A stretch of DNA of 64,000 bases. Source: Callorhinchus milii (taxonomy: Eukaryota). The DNA lies in contig NW_024704742.1 of NCBI RefSeq assembly GCF_018977255.1, forward strand, positions 72,604,001-72,668,000, written 5' to 3'. Both the position numbers and the translations under genes were made by a program. Every line of letters starts with the position of its first letter. The stretch's first letter is position 1. This document shows positions 49,981-63,210 of the stretch, piece after piece. The notes below the pieces were generated by a model. The model ran no database searches. It worked only from the letters and a program-made list of their open reading frames with translations, and had not been told where the DNA came from.

Positions 49981-52639
49981 TCTTCTGATCCCATTTTAAG
50001 TCTGATATCAGGTGGCATTTCTGGCCCACATATTTACAATGCGAGCAAAAAGGAAGCATTTTCACATAAATATAGAAAAGCAAGTCACAAGTCTTCATTT
50101 GAAACAAGACAGTCTTGGTCTGAGTATTTGTGCAACCAGGCATTAGGAGCTTCCAATTCTCCAACCAGCTGTGGAGGTGACTAGGATTGGAATTTCCAGT
50201 CAGAAATATCGAGCTGTGGCACTGATCAATGATATTTCCTGCTGTATAAATCCTGAGACCCTGCAATAAATTTCACCAAATGTACTTAAAAATTTACAAG
50301 TTCTTAGCCACTCTATTAGATCATGCCTTAAATTTAGAGATTTGATTGTACTCTGGTCTTTGTAATAATATCTGCTGGCTGCACATGTGAACAGTGCTTC
50401 TCAACTCCACCAGAGCAAACATAAAATGAAGCACAAAAGAAACCTGTCACATACACCAGGTAAATTGCTTACAGTCAGACATGCATTCAGCACCTCTATA
50501 TAGACCAGGCTAACTCAATCTTTATTTCAATACTCACACCTTCAATTGACAAGGCTAATGCATAACGAAAGGTACTCTGGTTCGTACTGCTCCCCCCACC
50601 CCCCCGACCCCAACAAACTTCCCAGGTGGTCGCGCACATCATCTCTTTGAGTTCCATTTCCTCTCTGACCTTAAAAAACAAACTCAAAACCATTGGTGGC
50701 TGGGCATAATAAACTTGCCTTGTTATGAGAATGAAGAGCAGCACCCCACTTTATAGCTGCTCATTGGGTCACATCTCATAGTCACATCCAATCCAAGAAA
50801 ATAGGGCCAGGAATCTAAAGGATTTCAATAATGCAGCGATAGGATATAAATCAGAATCAATGAGCTAGGCATCAAGCTTCTTCCTACCAGAAAAAAGTTT
50901 AAAAATGTCCCGATTGCTGGGAGATTGAGGCCCTTGAAATATTACATTCACACACTGCTTTACAGGCTCCCTATCCATCAGGACATGCTCTTTCCCCAGA
51001 TTGTCAGCGCCCTGGGACGTCCGCAACAAGAGGATGAGAGAGAGAAGCAATCCTCCAAATGCTGCCCAAAACATTCCTGACTGTGGGCCCAGTTAAATAC
51101 TAATATTTCAAATATGCTCCAATGTAAAATTGACCTTCAGGCTCCTCAGATCAACAGACTTGCCAGCCTCAAAACAGCAACACAGGGAATCCTCTCAGAT
51201 CTTGTTAAAAAGGCCACATGCAAAGGTTGCCAGAGGCTAGTTAACCACAGGGAAAGTATGAAACATCAAATATTCTGAAGCCAATCTCCAGTGACCCAAC
51301 TCACATCAACCTAACAGCTTTCACTTGAAACGTAACCACAGTATTTTATGTCACTGTTAGCTTTGCCGACCGGATCAGGTGCTGCTGTTGACACATAAAA
51401 GACCTTGTTCAAGCAGTGGTAATACTGCCTAGGCTCCTGAAGCTATAGAAATTTCCCCTTTTACACTGCAGCCCAAATGCCACTGCCCCAGAGAAACCAT
51501 GCACCATGTTTGCAAGTCATATCTTTCACTTAATATTCTTCACTTAATATTCAAGCCACCAAGTCTTCAGATGTTTGAAAGAAGGTTCAGGTCTGGGTTT
51601 ATCTGTGTGGTCAAGTCAACTTCTCTGAAAAAAAAGACAGCTCCCGCATTTGGTGGTAAGGTTTTGCTGACATCTCGTTATGACTTAAAAAAAAAGGAAA
51701 TTTCACTTTACAAGGAAGGTGGTTACGCTTACAAATCAGATGCTACACAGAGAACAAAGTTCCAAATAGAAAAATGTTTACTTCACAAGGTCTTCTCTCT
51801 ATATTCCTCAATCATCATTTACTGTGCATGTAAATAGTAAACCTCACTTTTCAATTGTCTTGTCTTGGAACTGATACTCACTTAAACAAGTCTGAAAAAC
51901 AGATTGCAATTGATGTGGGGGGAGGGGAAAGAGAAAAAAAAAAGCAAGAGAGAAAACAGATACATACAGGCAAAGATACAGATAGTCAGTCCTGGTCATT
52001 TAATGGAGAAAACAAAATTTATATAGACGATTGTTTGCTGATATACAAACTGCTGAGCACTGAAGGAAAAAAAATCATTGGCAACCGAAACACCAAATCA
52101 GCAGTCCAAGGTTTAAACACGATCTGCCTTTCCTTGACTTAATTATTTTCTTCATTTATCCAGATGCCTTTGAATTAATCTCTGTTATACCTCCATTATA
52201 TAAGTCAGCTGACCACATAGTTCAACATCAAGAAAGGTTATATTGTTGAATGTATCCTCCTCCAACATCCCAGTGCAAGTCGTGAGAGCAGCATGAGGTG
52301 CAGTATAATCCCCTACAGAAATCCACATCACCACTGCTCCCAGTTTTGTTTTCGGATTATCTTCTACATAGGGACACTGGTAAGCAATTTTTATTCTAAA
52401 TTATGCCCGTCGGTAGCCCTAATCTATTAAAACTTTGTTACCTCCTTTAATTGAGTTACAATCAATTGCTTCTGAAACTGAGCAGAGAGATGCTGGGTTG
52501 GTGCGGGAGTTGAGAAATGCAGCTGACAGCAGCAAATGGCTCCTGGCAATCTCAGCCAGAGAAAGATATACCCAAGGGTTATCTGTTTTGATGCTAGATT
52601 TCGAGGGCGTCCGTTCAGCCGCCTCCGCCCTCCCAACCG

Positions 52640-54108
52640 CCACCCCTCCCCATCTCTCCCTCACACTCCAGCCCCTATCCATCCCTCCCTCCACACCCTC
52701 AAACCTGTCTCTCTTTCTCAGCACCACTATAACCCGCACGAAGCCCACCACCTGCTCCCTCAACCCCATCCCTACCCCTTTCCTTACCCCCAAGCTCTAC
52801 TCCTCGCTCCTTTACTCTCAGACCTCATCAACCTCTCCCTGTCAGATGGTACCTTTCCCACCTCCCTAAGCTGTCATCACCCCTATCCTAAAAAAAACCT
52901 TCCCTGGACCCAACCCTGCTCACTAACTACCACTCCATCTGCGACCTCCTGTTCCTTTCCAAAGTGCTTGAAAGAGTTGTTGCTACTGCTTCTTCTCCTG
53001 CCACTCCCTTTACAAACCCCTCCAATTGGGTTTCCGTGTTGCCCAAAGCACGGAAGCAGCCCTGGTCAAGGTTACAAATGACATTCTGGAAAAGTGACAA
53101 ATGACATTCTGGAAAAGTGACAAATGACATTCTGTTTGTCTGTGAACAGCCCTCCCTCTGTCTCCTCGTCCTCCTTGACCTCTCTGCTGCCATTGACACT
53201 GTGAACCTCTCTCCACCACCCTCTCCTCTCCTCTATGGTTGTGCCCTTGAATGGTTCAGATCCTATCTCTCACACCAGCTCCACTTTGTCTCCATAAACG
53301 GCTTCTCCTCCAGCCCCGCACTATGTCATGTGGTGTTCCTGAGGGCTCTGTCCTCGGTCCTCTCTTCTTCAACCTGTACATGCTCCCTCTTGATGACTTA
53401 ATCTGTAGACATGGGGTGAATTTCCACATGTACGTGTATGACACCCAACTCTATCTCTCTGCCTCAACCCTTGACTCCAGGACAACTACTGTCCTGACAG
53501 AATGTCTGTCAGATATCAAGTCCTAGATGAGAGCTAACTTTCTACAGTTGAACATCAGCAAGACCGAGGCTCTCCTGATTGGCTCCCCAACTCTTCCCTC
53601 CACAAACTGCAGATTATCCAGAACTCTACAGCTCATGTCCTCTCCCGCAACAGACCCGATCACACACACCCTCGCCCGGCTCCACTGGCTCCCAATCCCC
53701 CAGCAGATCAAGTTCAAAATTCTCATCCTCACCTTCAAGGCCCTCCATGGCCTTGCCCCCTCTTACCTCTCCGACCTGCTAAGCCCTTACCAGCCTGTCT
53801 GCTGCCCCCGCTTAGCAGGCTTCAGCCTGCTCCATGTCCTCTGCCAGCCTGCCCCACCATCGCCGGTCAGGCTTTCAGCCTCTCTGCCCCAACACTATGG
53901 AACTCCACCCCATGCCACATTCCCTTTGCCTCGCTCCCTCCCTTGCCTCCTTCAAGGCATGCCTCAAGACCCTCCTCTTCAACTGTGCCTTTGGCCGCCC
54001 TCCTACCCTCTCTGCCCCCACCCCCGCTACTTGGGTCCGAATCCCCGACTGTTCAGCGCTTTCGGATGTCCTCCAGACACGAGGACATTACAAGTGCAAT
54101 TTTGTATT
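52640..54108 (+). mobile_element. L2 LINE ORF2 fragment (~1.5 kb, RT region to 3' tail), degenerate
   Basis: KPTTCSLNPIPT, TNDIL...[45 protein letters not shown]...[57 protein letters not shown]. Confidence 0.92.
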
Positions 54109-54504
54109 GTTCTTTAATTACCAGATTTTGACCAACTCCTTAAGAGCCGTCTGCAGTTTGCTCATTGAACTCACTTTGTGTCCAACATTCCACTAAATAC
54201 TCATTCTCTATTGCTGTTGCGAAATTAATTTTTGAGGGATTCAATACTAAGGGTAATTTTTGGAGAGCAAATGTTATTAAATGTTATTAAATTGAAATTA
54301 TAGCAATATTCTGAACACACATTAGTGGCATTACCTCAAGTCTCCAGGTAGTTTAGTTGTAAAATAGATTCTATTCTTATGTCCCGGCCACAATGATCCT
54401 TACTTTAAACCTGTTCCAGCTATCATTTTTAATGATCAGCTACATGTCTGAAAAAAATCATCGTGCTTAAGAGTGCCTAAACGAGACAGAGTTCTACATG
54501 TGTA

Positions 54505-54825
54505 TGTCACCAGGCTCCATGACCCTGTGACCTCCACCCTTGCCCGGCTCTACTGGCTCCCCATCCTCCAGAGGAACAAAATCCTTGTCCTCGCTTTCAA
54601 AGCCCTCCACGTCTTTGTTCCTTTCTATCTCTGCAACCTGCTAATGCCATATTAACCTGTCCTTTCCCTCAGCTCATCAGGCTCCATCCTGCTCCATGTC
54701 CCCAACCAGCCTGCCTCACCATCAACCAGCTGATCCCAACCTCCAGCTCGGGTCCAAATCCCTGACTGTCCAGCACCTTGGAACGTCCTCCCGATGTGAA
54801 AGGTACTATACAAATGTAATTTGTC
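54505..54825 (+). mobile_element. L2 LINE 3' fragment
   Basis: DPVTSTLARLYWLPI...KILVLAFKALH; tail ggaacgtcctcccgatgtgaaagg. Confidence 0.8.
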
Positions 54826-54854
54826 ATCACCTACACACGGAAATTTTCCTGTGT

Positions 54855-55117
54855 CTGGAGTGGAATGTGCATTCTCTCCCTGGAGGGATATCTCCTGCTT
54901 ACCTAATTCTAGAGAGCATAAGGGCCAGGTTGGCAAGAACGAAGGTTTGGGAACTCCAGTGTGTGCATTGGTGTACTACTGGAGTTTAACCAACTAAAAC
55001 TAAAGAAAAAAATTGCCATTGAGAGCTTGGCCAGCTAGGTCCACCGAACCCATTAGGCTTTTAGCTTATTCAGTTAATGAGAGCTGAGTGAGAAGATTCC
55101 CTGCCATCAGTGACTGC
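54855..55117 (-). repeat. Old dispersed repeat (unclassified), copy 3 of 3
   Basis: Collinear with ~3378-3660. Confidence 0.7.
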
Positions 55118-56646
55118 TTATCTCTCTCACAAGGAGGATAGTCACGAGTTTGTCATTTCTCAGCTGCCAAATACACTTGGTTTAAAAGTAACAGCACAAT
55201 CTAACGACAGATTGTTAGTTGTAAATGATTATGTTTTTTTTAGTCTCACTAAATAGCTCACTAAAAGTTTAAATGAGCAAAAGTTTACACGCCCACCTGT
55301 AACAAGAACGTTGTGCAGATTCATAAAAGTCCACTCAGCCACCAGCGAATTGCTTTTCAAACCCAGAATGAACACATTACCGAGAAATCCCATTGACATG
55401 GATAAAGAGACATTCAAAATCTACGTTCTTTCAAGAACTGTTGACGTAACCGAAGCATGTGACCATGAGAAATGCCACTAGATGGAGCAACCCATCTTTC
55501 TCACAATTTGGGCTCAGCACTTCACTTCCCGAAAGTGGAAGCTGAAGCTAATACTTGGAGGCAGTTTCTTAATATTTTGGAATATTGAAAGCGAACTCTG
55601 ACAAAACTGCTCCTCCTGTGAATCCAAATACAGTAACGGATATTAAACAGTCTCTGGTGTGTACTAATGGCCGTCTCTCTCTGTCACACATGTACGCACC
55701 ACAATCTCTCTCTCTCAACTGGTCTATACGTTGTTATTAAACCAGGGTAAATATTGGTAAACCTCAATTGTGTTGTCTGACGCTACAGTTGTGGTAGAAC
55801 CAGTGAGTCAGATTCCTTTTGGCACTGGGTTATAACAGATATAGTCTGGATACCTAACATGAAGCTTCCACTACTCTGAAAAACATGCCCTAACCCCAAG
55901 TACAGGGTCTCTTATAAATGTGATAGTTTCATTTCACATAACAGATATCCATGTGGTTTGTCCAAAAACAGCAATTCCTTTCTGATCTGTGCCAGTCTCC
56001 CAGAGCTTTTGGTTATGGACCAATATCCTACTGCTTTATTGATGAACTGGCTGTACCGTTGCAGCTTCGCTTGCAACCAAAGGATCCAATATGGAATGTA
56101 GATTGACACACAGACAGATACACAGACAGACATCTTGTCTTTATTAGTATAGATAAGATTCTTAAAATAAAAAATTATATACATAAGGGGAGGGAGATGG
56201 GCTACACTCCAGAGGAGGAGAGGCTAAACCCCAGCCCCGCCAAGCAGAAGAATCCAGAGACCCCACGGCCAACCATCACCTGCCACCAGACCGAACTCTG
56301 ACATGGCGCCACCCAAACCAGGGCCGCCCAGGAGCAGCAGGAAAAGCAACCGAATGGCTGCCGTCAACGCCACTCGAGGAACTTCCACCTCACAACAGCC
56401 AGGCTTCGTCTAAATATGTGCTCTGGAACCCACGATGCCACAGCACCACAGTGAATCAACGCGGCCACCAGGTGTAACTGCAGCGCAAAACTGCCATACA
56501 TGTGTGATGAGCTTGTTTAGGTCATAACTCATCAACGATAGATTCCTGAATACGAATATGCCCATGATACTCCCAGATGCAAGACCTTTCCGATGAGGTA
56601 TAAATCATGTCTCGTCTCTATGTCAATTGATTATTGAGATCTTATA

Positions 56647-56815
56647 TAATAAACCTTGCATTTGAGAAAGCGCCTTATCACATCTTCGAGACGTCTCAAA
56701 GCGCTTCACAGAATATACTGTAAAGTGAATTGACTGTATATTTTGTGGACGAAACGCGGCAGCAAATTGGGCACAGCAGTGTTCCACAAACAGTCGTGGA
56801 TTGAAGCGACCAATT
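56647..56815 (-). mobile_element. 3' fragment of tRNA-derived SINE
   Basis: ccttgcatttgagaaagcgccttatcacatcttcgagacgtctcaaagcgcttcacagaatatactgtaaagtgaattgac. Confidence 0.85.
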
Positions 56816-57399
56816 TTTTCTTGTAGTTGCGTTCTGTATCTTGTAGTATCTTGGCTGATACACACACACACACACAGACTTTGCTGTTTTATTAGTACAA
56901 ATGCAATTACTGATACAGCTGAAGGCTGAGTACCTGCGTTAATTGGGACTGGTCCCACTGCAGATAAGTAAACAGTGCAGATAATTAGACTGCACACAAA
57001 ATACAAACTGGCTATACAGGAATGTCTTTACATAGAGGGTGATAAAGTCTCAGCACTGTATATGTAGAGAAGTTCTTGCTGACCTCTGTTAATGGCCATC
57101 TTATATTTATACCCCTTTCTTGGACTCACCAACAAACGGAAACCGCCTATGTATGTCTACTTATCAAACCCCTTCATAATTTTAACCAATTTAAATCAAA
57201 CCAATATTTAAACAAAACGGAGATATTGTATTAACCAACCAATGCTTTCCAGCAAAGAAAGTATAGTAAACTCACATAAGTCATATCAGTCAGGACCATA
57301 ATATTTAATGTGACTTACGTGAAGTCACAGTCAAAGGCAAACTGTATAAATCATAGAAAATCGGATTTAATCAATAATCTACACTGTGTGTCACTGCAG

Positions 57400-57651
57400 C
57401 TGGTAAGTGTGCATGCAGTGAGGGGTCCAGACTACATTTCCCGAGATTCAATGTGTCTTAACCCATCGCCGCATGTGCACTTACTGGCAATCAATGGAAT
57501 CGCATTGAATCATAGGAAATGAAATTCATCTGCGCATGTGTCGACAGATCAAGACTGAGTTTCCCGCAATTCAATGCAGCCAACCAGTAAGTATGTATGC
57601 AAGATGAGTCAGGACATCATTTCCCAGGTTTCAATACAGCAGGTAAGTGCG
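57400..57651. promoter_or_regulatory. Cluster of four ZNF143/Staf-site-like motifs plus an NRF1-like motif in a symmetric arrangement (candidate regulatory element)
   Basis: actacatttcccgagattcaatg (57431), an inverted copy at 57502-57526, further copies at 57553 and 57613; tgcgcatg at 57531. Motif resemblance only. Confidence 0.4.
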
Positions 57652-58189
57652 GGAGTAATGGAGGATAGGGGAGCGGTGTACCGAGTTAGGAGGTGATTAA
57701 TACCTGTAGCGCAAAGAAATCAAAGTGGTTTTGACAGGCGACTGATGGGACTTGACTGGATGTACGAATTAGGCGATTATATGATTTATAAAGATAAAAC
57801 TTATGCGAGTCTTACTGTAATCAAATCACTTTTGGTTTTTCACATCAAATGCAAATTAAAAATTATGTGATAATTTTAGGTTTTCCTTATAGTCCGGATT
57901 TCTCTTTGCACTATTTCCACAGGCGCAAATCATGGACGGGTAAGTAATGGGAAACCAACCCAGGTCAGCAGTGTTCTAAATCTTCTGCTTACAGACAGCT
58001 GCCAGTCTGCAAGGTCACAGACGAAGCTGACTAATGTTTTACATGAAGACAACCTGTACAATGCTGGATTTAATGCGGTTTGTTTGATATCTTTACCTAC
58101 AGCTACTGAAGTCAGACTACACTATTAAACGGAAAATAAAAAGTCAAAGTTATCCAGACAATGGAATAATTGCTATATGCCATTTCAGT

Positions 58190-58472
58190 TGTTCCTTCAG
58201 ATGAAACGTTAAACTAAGGTCCCATCTTCCTGTTAAGGTGGGACATTAAAAGATCTTATTGGACTATTTGAAAAGAGAAGGGAGCTTCCACTGAGGCCAA
58301 GCCAACACTCCCCAAAATAAAAATGGTCATTCATTTCATGGCTGTTTGTGGGACATTGCTGTGCACCACATTTGCCTATACATCATCACTCTATTTTACA
58401 GTAAATCCTGTGAATTGTTTTGAGACATACTCCAAACATGAAAGGCTTATACCAAATACAAGGATTATTATT
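58190..58472 (+). mobile_element. Deu-domain SINE, 5'-truncated
   Basis: cagatgaaacgttaaactaaggtcccatc...ctatttgaaaagagaaggg...tgtttgtgggacattgctgtg...aaggattattatta. Confidence 0.78.
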
Positions 58473-59255
58473 ATAGAAAATGACAATGCAAGCATAAAAA
58501 ATGTTCTGTAGGACACCATTAATTTCTTGTCTCTTGTTAATCAGAGGCCATTCTCATTTCATTTTAAATTGGCAATGTCAACACAACGGAAACATCTTGG
58601 TCTGTTCTTTATCGGCATATAATCTAGATTCCATCACCTAAAGAGGAATGACTGTTTATTCTTTGAACAAACTATATTTTAAAGAAAGTTGGAAACATTT
58701 TATTTAAGCAATCACATTTAAAAGTCATGCCACACATTCTGTAGCAATATTATAAATGTACTTTAAACAGTGTGAAGTTTAATAGGACATTTTAAGACAT
58801 GTTCTGCAAGCAGGCATTTGTACTCAATACAGTTTGAACAGGTCTTTACAATCCCCCACACCCTCCAGAAATACATTGCAGCTCAAAATTGAGCTTTTGC
58901 AAGTGGAGTCACTGACCGGGAGAATAAAACAAAACATCCCAAATCATTCTGTCCAGTAACACCCATACAGAATCCATGCAGTGGCGCAGATAATTTCACA
59001 ACATTCCTAAAATTCCACACTCATCTATTCATATGACAGGGAAATTGTAATGAGGTGGAAGACATTGCAACAGGATAACTTGCCTCAGATAATCACTACT
59101 GTTTTCCTGTTGTACATTACCGCACTGAAAATAACCACAGAAACCTTTCAGGCACAGCAACCAAACAGGATTTTCTTGTTCACTGGTGGGTGAACCCACC
59201 CAATGGTGGGCTCTTGCACTACTCTGTGGTCCTCATAAGCCCCAACCAGGCAACT

Positions 59256-60125
59256 CCCCCCAAACAACCAACCCACGCCCCCCCAAACAACCAACCCACG
59301 CCCCCCCAAACAACCAACCCACGCCCCCCAAACAACCAACCCACGCCCCCCAAACAACCAACCCACGCCCCCCAAACAACCAACCCACGCCCCCCAAACA
59401 ACCAACCCACGCCCCCCCAAACAACCAACCCACGCCCCCCCAAACAACCAACCCACGCCCCCCCAAACAACCAACCCACGCCCCCCCAAACAACCAACCC
59501 ACGCCCCCCCAAACAACCAACCCACGCCCCCCCAAACAACCAACCCACGCCCCCCCAAACAACCAACCCACGCACCTCCCCAACAACCACCAACGCACCT
59601 CCCCAACAACCACCAACGCACCTCCCCAACAACCACCAACGCACCTCCCCAACAACCACCAACGCACCTCCCCAACAACCACCAACGCACCTCCCCAACA
59701 ACCACCAACGCACCTCCCCAACAACCACCGACGCACCCCCCCAACAACCACCGACGCACCCCCCCAACAACCACCGACGCACCCCCCCACAACAACCACC
59801 GACGCACCCCCCCACAACAACCACCAACGCACCCCCCAACAACCACCAACGCACCCCCCCAACAACCACCAACGCACCCCCCCAAAAACCACCAACGCAC
59901 CCACCCCAACCACCAACGCACCCACCCCAACCACCAACGCAGCCCCCCAACCACCAACGCAGCCCTCCCAACCACCAACGCAGCCCCCCCAACCACCAAC
60001 GCAGCCCCCCCAACCACCAACGCAGCCCCCCCAACCACCAACGCAGCCTCCCCAACCACCAACGCACCCCCGCCCCAACCAACAACGCACCCCCCCCCCA
60101 ACCACCAACCTACCACCACCAACAA
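59256..60125. repeat. C/A-rich minisatellite with 21-25 bp units in successive variant blocks
   Basis: Units c6-7aaacaaccaacccacg (to ~59572), then cacctccccaacaaccaccaacg, then cacccccc(ac)aacaaccaccgacg, then cagcccccccaaccaccaacg. Confidence 0.95.
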
Positions 60126-60699
60126 ACAGCCCAACAATTCAGCACCACCCACAACAACAATCATCACAACTTGTATTTATATACACCCTTCATCTGGGGT
60201 AGGGTCTTGGATCGCTTTCAAATTTTTCAAGATTTTAAAGCAAAAAATAAATTTATTTGCAAAATCCTGCGCGGATGCAAATTTTAAGATAGTCCAAAAG
60301 CTAAAGCCTGGAAGAATTTAAGGTCCCAGAATTTTAATTTAATTACATGGGAGCAGCTTTCAACAAGACACAAGTCCCAGCACGTGAGCCGTACACATAG
60401 CACAGAACACACATTGCACTTAAACTCTATTAGATCATCTGGAAACCAATGAAACGGGACTATAATTGTGCTAAGGCTAGTTACTGCTAGTCTCAGTTGT
60501 GCAGAGAAGTGAGATTGGAATTCAGTCAGAGACAGATGCCTGATGTCAAAAAACCGCACGAAGGGAGGAATTAGTTGGTGTGGAAATGTTTGGATTCTGC
60601 ATAAGGCAGTTTTTAAGCTGCTCAGCTTCGATAGCTGGTCCAAGTGACTGTTTGTTAGGTTTTGTGGCACAAATTGTGTCAGAATAGCCAGGGTATGTT

Positions 60700-60960
60700 A
60701 TCGTCACCAACTGTTCCATGTAGCAATGGATAAGATGCATCCCACCAGAATGAGGGCCTTCAAGAGTTTACTGAGCTTGAAACTATAATTTCAAAACGGA
60801 CAAATAGATTTGCTGTGCCTTGCAATGGATCACCGGGTATTTGCTGTATCCATGATTTATGAAGAGTGCTTGGTGATGCACTAGGAAGTCACGTACAGTC
60901 CAGAGATTTTCAGGTTGCGTCAATCATGCCTGTATATTACAAGGCCAAAGCCAGCAGGGA
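60700..60960 (-). mobile_element. PIF/Harbinger (HARBI1-like) DDE transposase fossil
   Basis: Minus-strand motifs in the expected order: AGF..., GMIDAT (like GAIDGT, 60930-60913), LVHHQALFIN (like VVDH.G.F.D), KYP...H..AR (like PGS.HDAR), ILV(G)DASYPLL (like GDSAYPL). Several frameshifts. Confidence 0.6.
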
Positions 60961-62279
60961 TGACTTTAATCCATTCTAGCCATCTGTCAGACTTTTCCTC
61001 CTTGCTATATTTTGTGCATTAACACAATCTTGTTATTTCAGCAACTTGAAAACTTCTTGCCAATCTTCACTGCAACCTCAGGATGCTCTTTTCTCTTTCC
61101 TTTGTCGCCCCAACACCACCCCCACCAATTAAATGACAAGATGTGTGTCAGTCTGGCTCTCGCCTCAGTCAGAAAGTTGTGGGTTCAAACCCCATGTTGG
61201 TACTTTGAACAACCTAGATTATGTGATTTCAGACATCAAGCATCTTTCTGACTAAATTTCAATCTCATTTCTCCACACAACTGAGACCATCAGTAGCTTA
61301 CAACAATTAGTGTGAGGTCTCATTGTTTTTTCCACGTGATCTAATAGAAGTTAAAAGCTCATAGTAATAAAGAGTAGGTGTAAGCGCTGAAGATGCTATC
61401 CTGTATGAAGGACAACAACAAACAAAGTTTGTAAACTGCCTTTCATGTCAGGAGCAATTCCCAAGATCCTATATAAATGCAAATTGGTGTTCTATAGTTA
61501 AAGAAATACAGCAGTTACAAAGAAAACATAGAAGCCTCAAAAACAATTTCCTTAAAGTATTCAAGATTAAAGAGTACAGAAACACAAACTGTTACAGCAC
61601 AGGAATAGGATATCTGGCACAACTCATCTGTGCTGTTGTTTATATTCCACATGAACCTCCACCTCTCCTCATCCCCTCTATTCCCTTCTCCCGATAAACC
61701 CAAATAATAACTTGAACAGTTACAAGCTTTCCAATGAGGAGATATTCACTTTGCTGAGCTTCAGTCCATGTCAGACATTTCAGATTAAATTACTTTAAAC
61801 AGAGAATGGCGACTGAGAAGTTGATTATCTAGGGAGGGAGACAGAGTCATTACACACAGTGTGTGTGTGTTTTTTTTAAACCTTCTGGCATCAGCAACAC
61901 GGATCACAAGAGTTTTTCCACTTCTGTAACATCCCTACTCTTATTATGCTGAAGCAGTTTGTTTAGAAATAAAAGTTGTGTATCAAATAAAATCCAAAAT
62001 CTAATCCCACTCACTGGTTTGGGTTGTCCCAGTACCTTGGGATGTCCTCCCAACGTGAAAGGCGCTATACAAATGTAATCTTGTTGTTGTTGTTGGATTA
62101 CCTCATATCAGGCTGAAAGGATTGACCTTTTATTAGTGTACTTACTAGCCAATTTAAAATAATGTTTTTTACAGGTCCACAAAGAGATTTGGGTTTAATA
62201 AAGATCAAATTTATGACTTGACAGCAACCACAAGTAGTTTGATAACCAAATCTGAATGAAGAATTATAATAACAAACAG

Positions 62280-62660
62280 CAATAACATTTGATATAGTGA
62301 ATTTCACCTGATTGAAAGGTCTAAAGCAATTCACAGGATTTTGCTATAAAGTGTATTTGTTGGCAAACATGGAAACTAATTTGCATACAGCAATGTATCC
62401 CAATCAATCATGAAGTGAATGATCCATTTTATTTGGGGGATTGTTGGCCAGGTCATTGGGAAAAACTCTCTTCTCTCTTTGAATAATGAAATAGGATCTT
62501 TAATGTTCAGCTGACTAGGCGACCTCAGTTTAACATCTCATCCACGGCATCTTCAACAATGCAGTGCTTCTCCTAGCGCTGCCCTGGAGTGCTAGACTTG
62601 ACTACAATCTCAAAGTACCAATGTGGGCTTGAACCCACCACCTTTTGACCAATTGAGCTA
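62280..62660 (-). mobile_element. Old Deu-domain SINE, near full length
   Basis: Reverse complement of the Deu core (ggatctttaatgttcagctga...cctcagtttaacatctcatcc) and a B-box remnant gggcttgaaccc. Confidence 0.75.
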
Positions 62661-62849
62661 CACACACACATACCCATTTGATTAGAAACACAATGAACAA
62701 AGTAAACCACTGAATGTAATGCACAACCACTGTGGAAGTGAGTCCTCAAGAGGAGACCATCACCAATACAGTCACTTTAGACCGAAAAACACAAGGCTTT
62801 AATGAAATATCACTCTTAGTTCCCTCACTCCCAGCTATCAACGGGATAA

Positions 62850-63210
62850 GCAGTATGGAGAGGTTTCTGAAATAAGGTGCTTTGATAAAATAAAACAGGG
62901 AAAAAATATTTCTACATTGTCAATGAATCAGTAACTAGACGTTGCAGATTTAAGGTAATTAAGAAAAGAGTAAAGGGCATTGTTAGATCATTTTTAAAAA
63001 CAGAATGCCTTACCCGGAATTATACTTGAGGCACATGAGCTTTTAAGGGAGAAATTAAATAAATACCTAAAAAGAAGAGAAATGTTGATGATATTAAACA
63101 GTGGCCCTGGGGAAAGACAGCAAGACATGATTATAGTCCTTATAGTCACACTTTATAGTCGGGGCAGGCTCGAGGGGCCGAATGGCCTACTCCTGCTCCT
63201 AATTCTTATG
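62850..63210 (+). mobile_element. Old CR1-clade LINE 3' fragment
   Basis: gaggtttctgaaaataaggtgctttgataaaataaaacagggaaaaaatatttc...; 3' end ggggcaggctcgaggggccgaatggcctactcctgctcctaattcttatg. Confidence 0.72.

Noticed and set aside
55298..55836. Possible solo LTR (tgtaac...ataaca)
   Set aside because: No target-site duplication and no second copy in the window.
56190..56500. Moderately GC-rich patch, possible CpG island or promoter
   Set aside because: Short, modest CpG content and no recognisable exon 1 sequence; unassigned.
59148..60287. Five long overlapping ORFs (288-365 aa; P/T/Q/N-rich or G/V/W-rich)
   Set aside because: Products of the minisatellite, which lacks stop codons on both strands. 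No domain or splice support.
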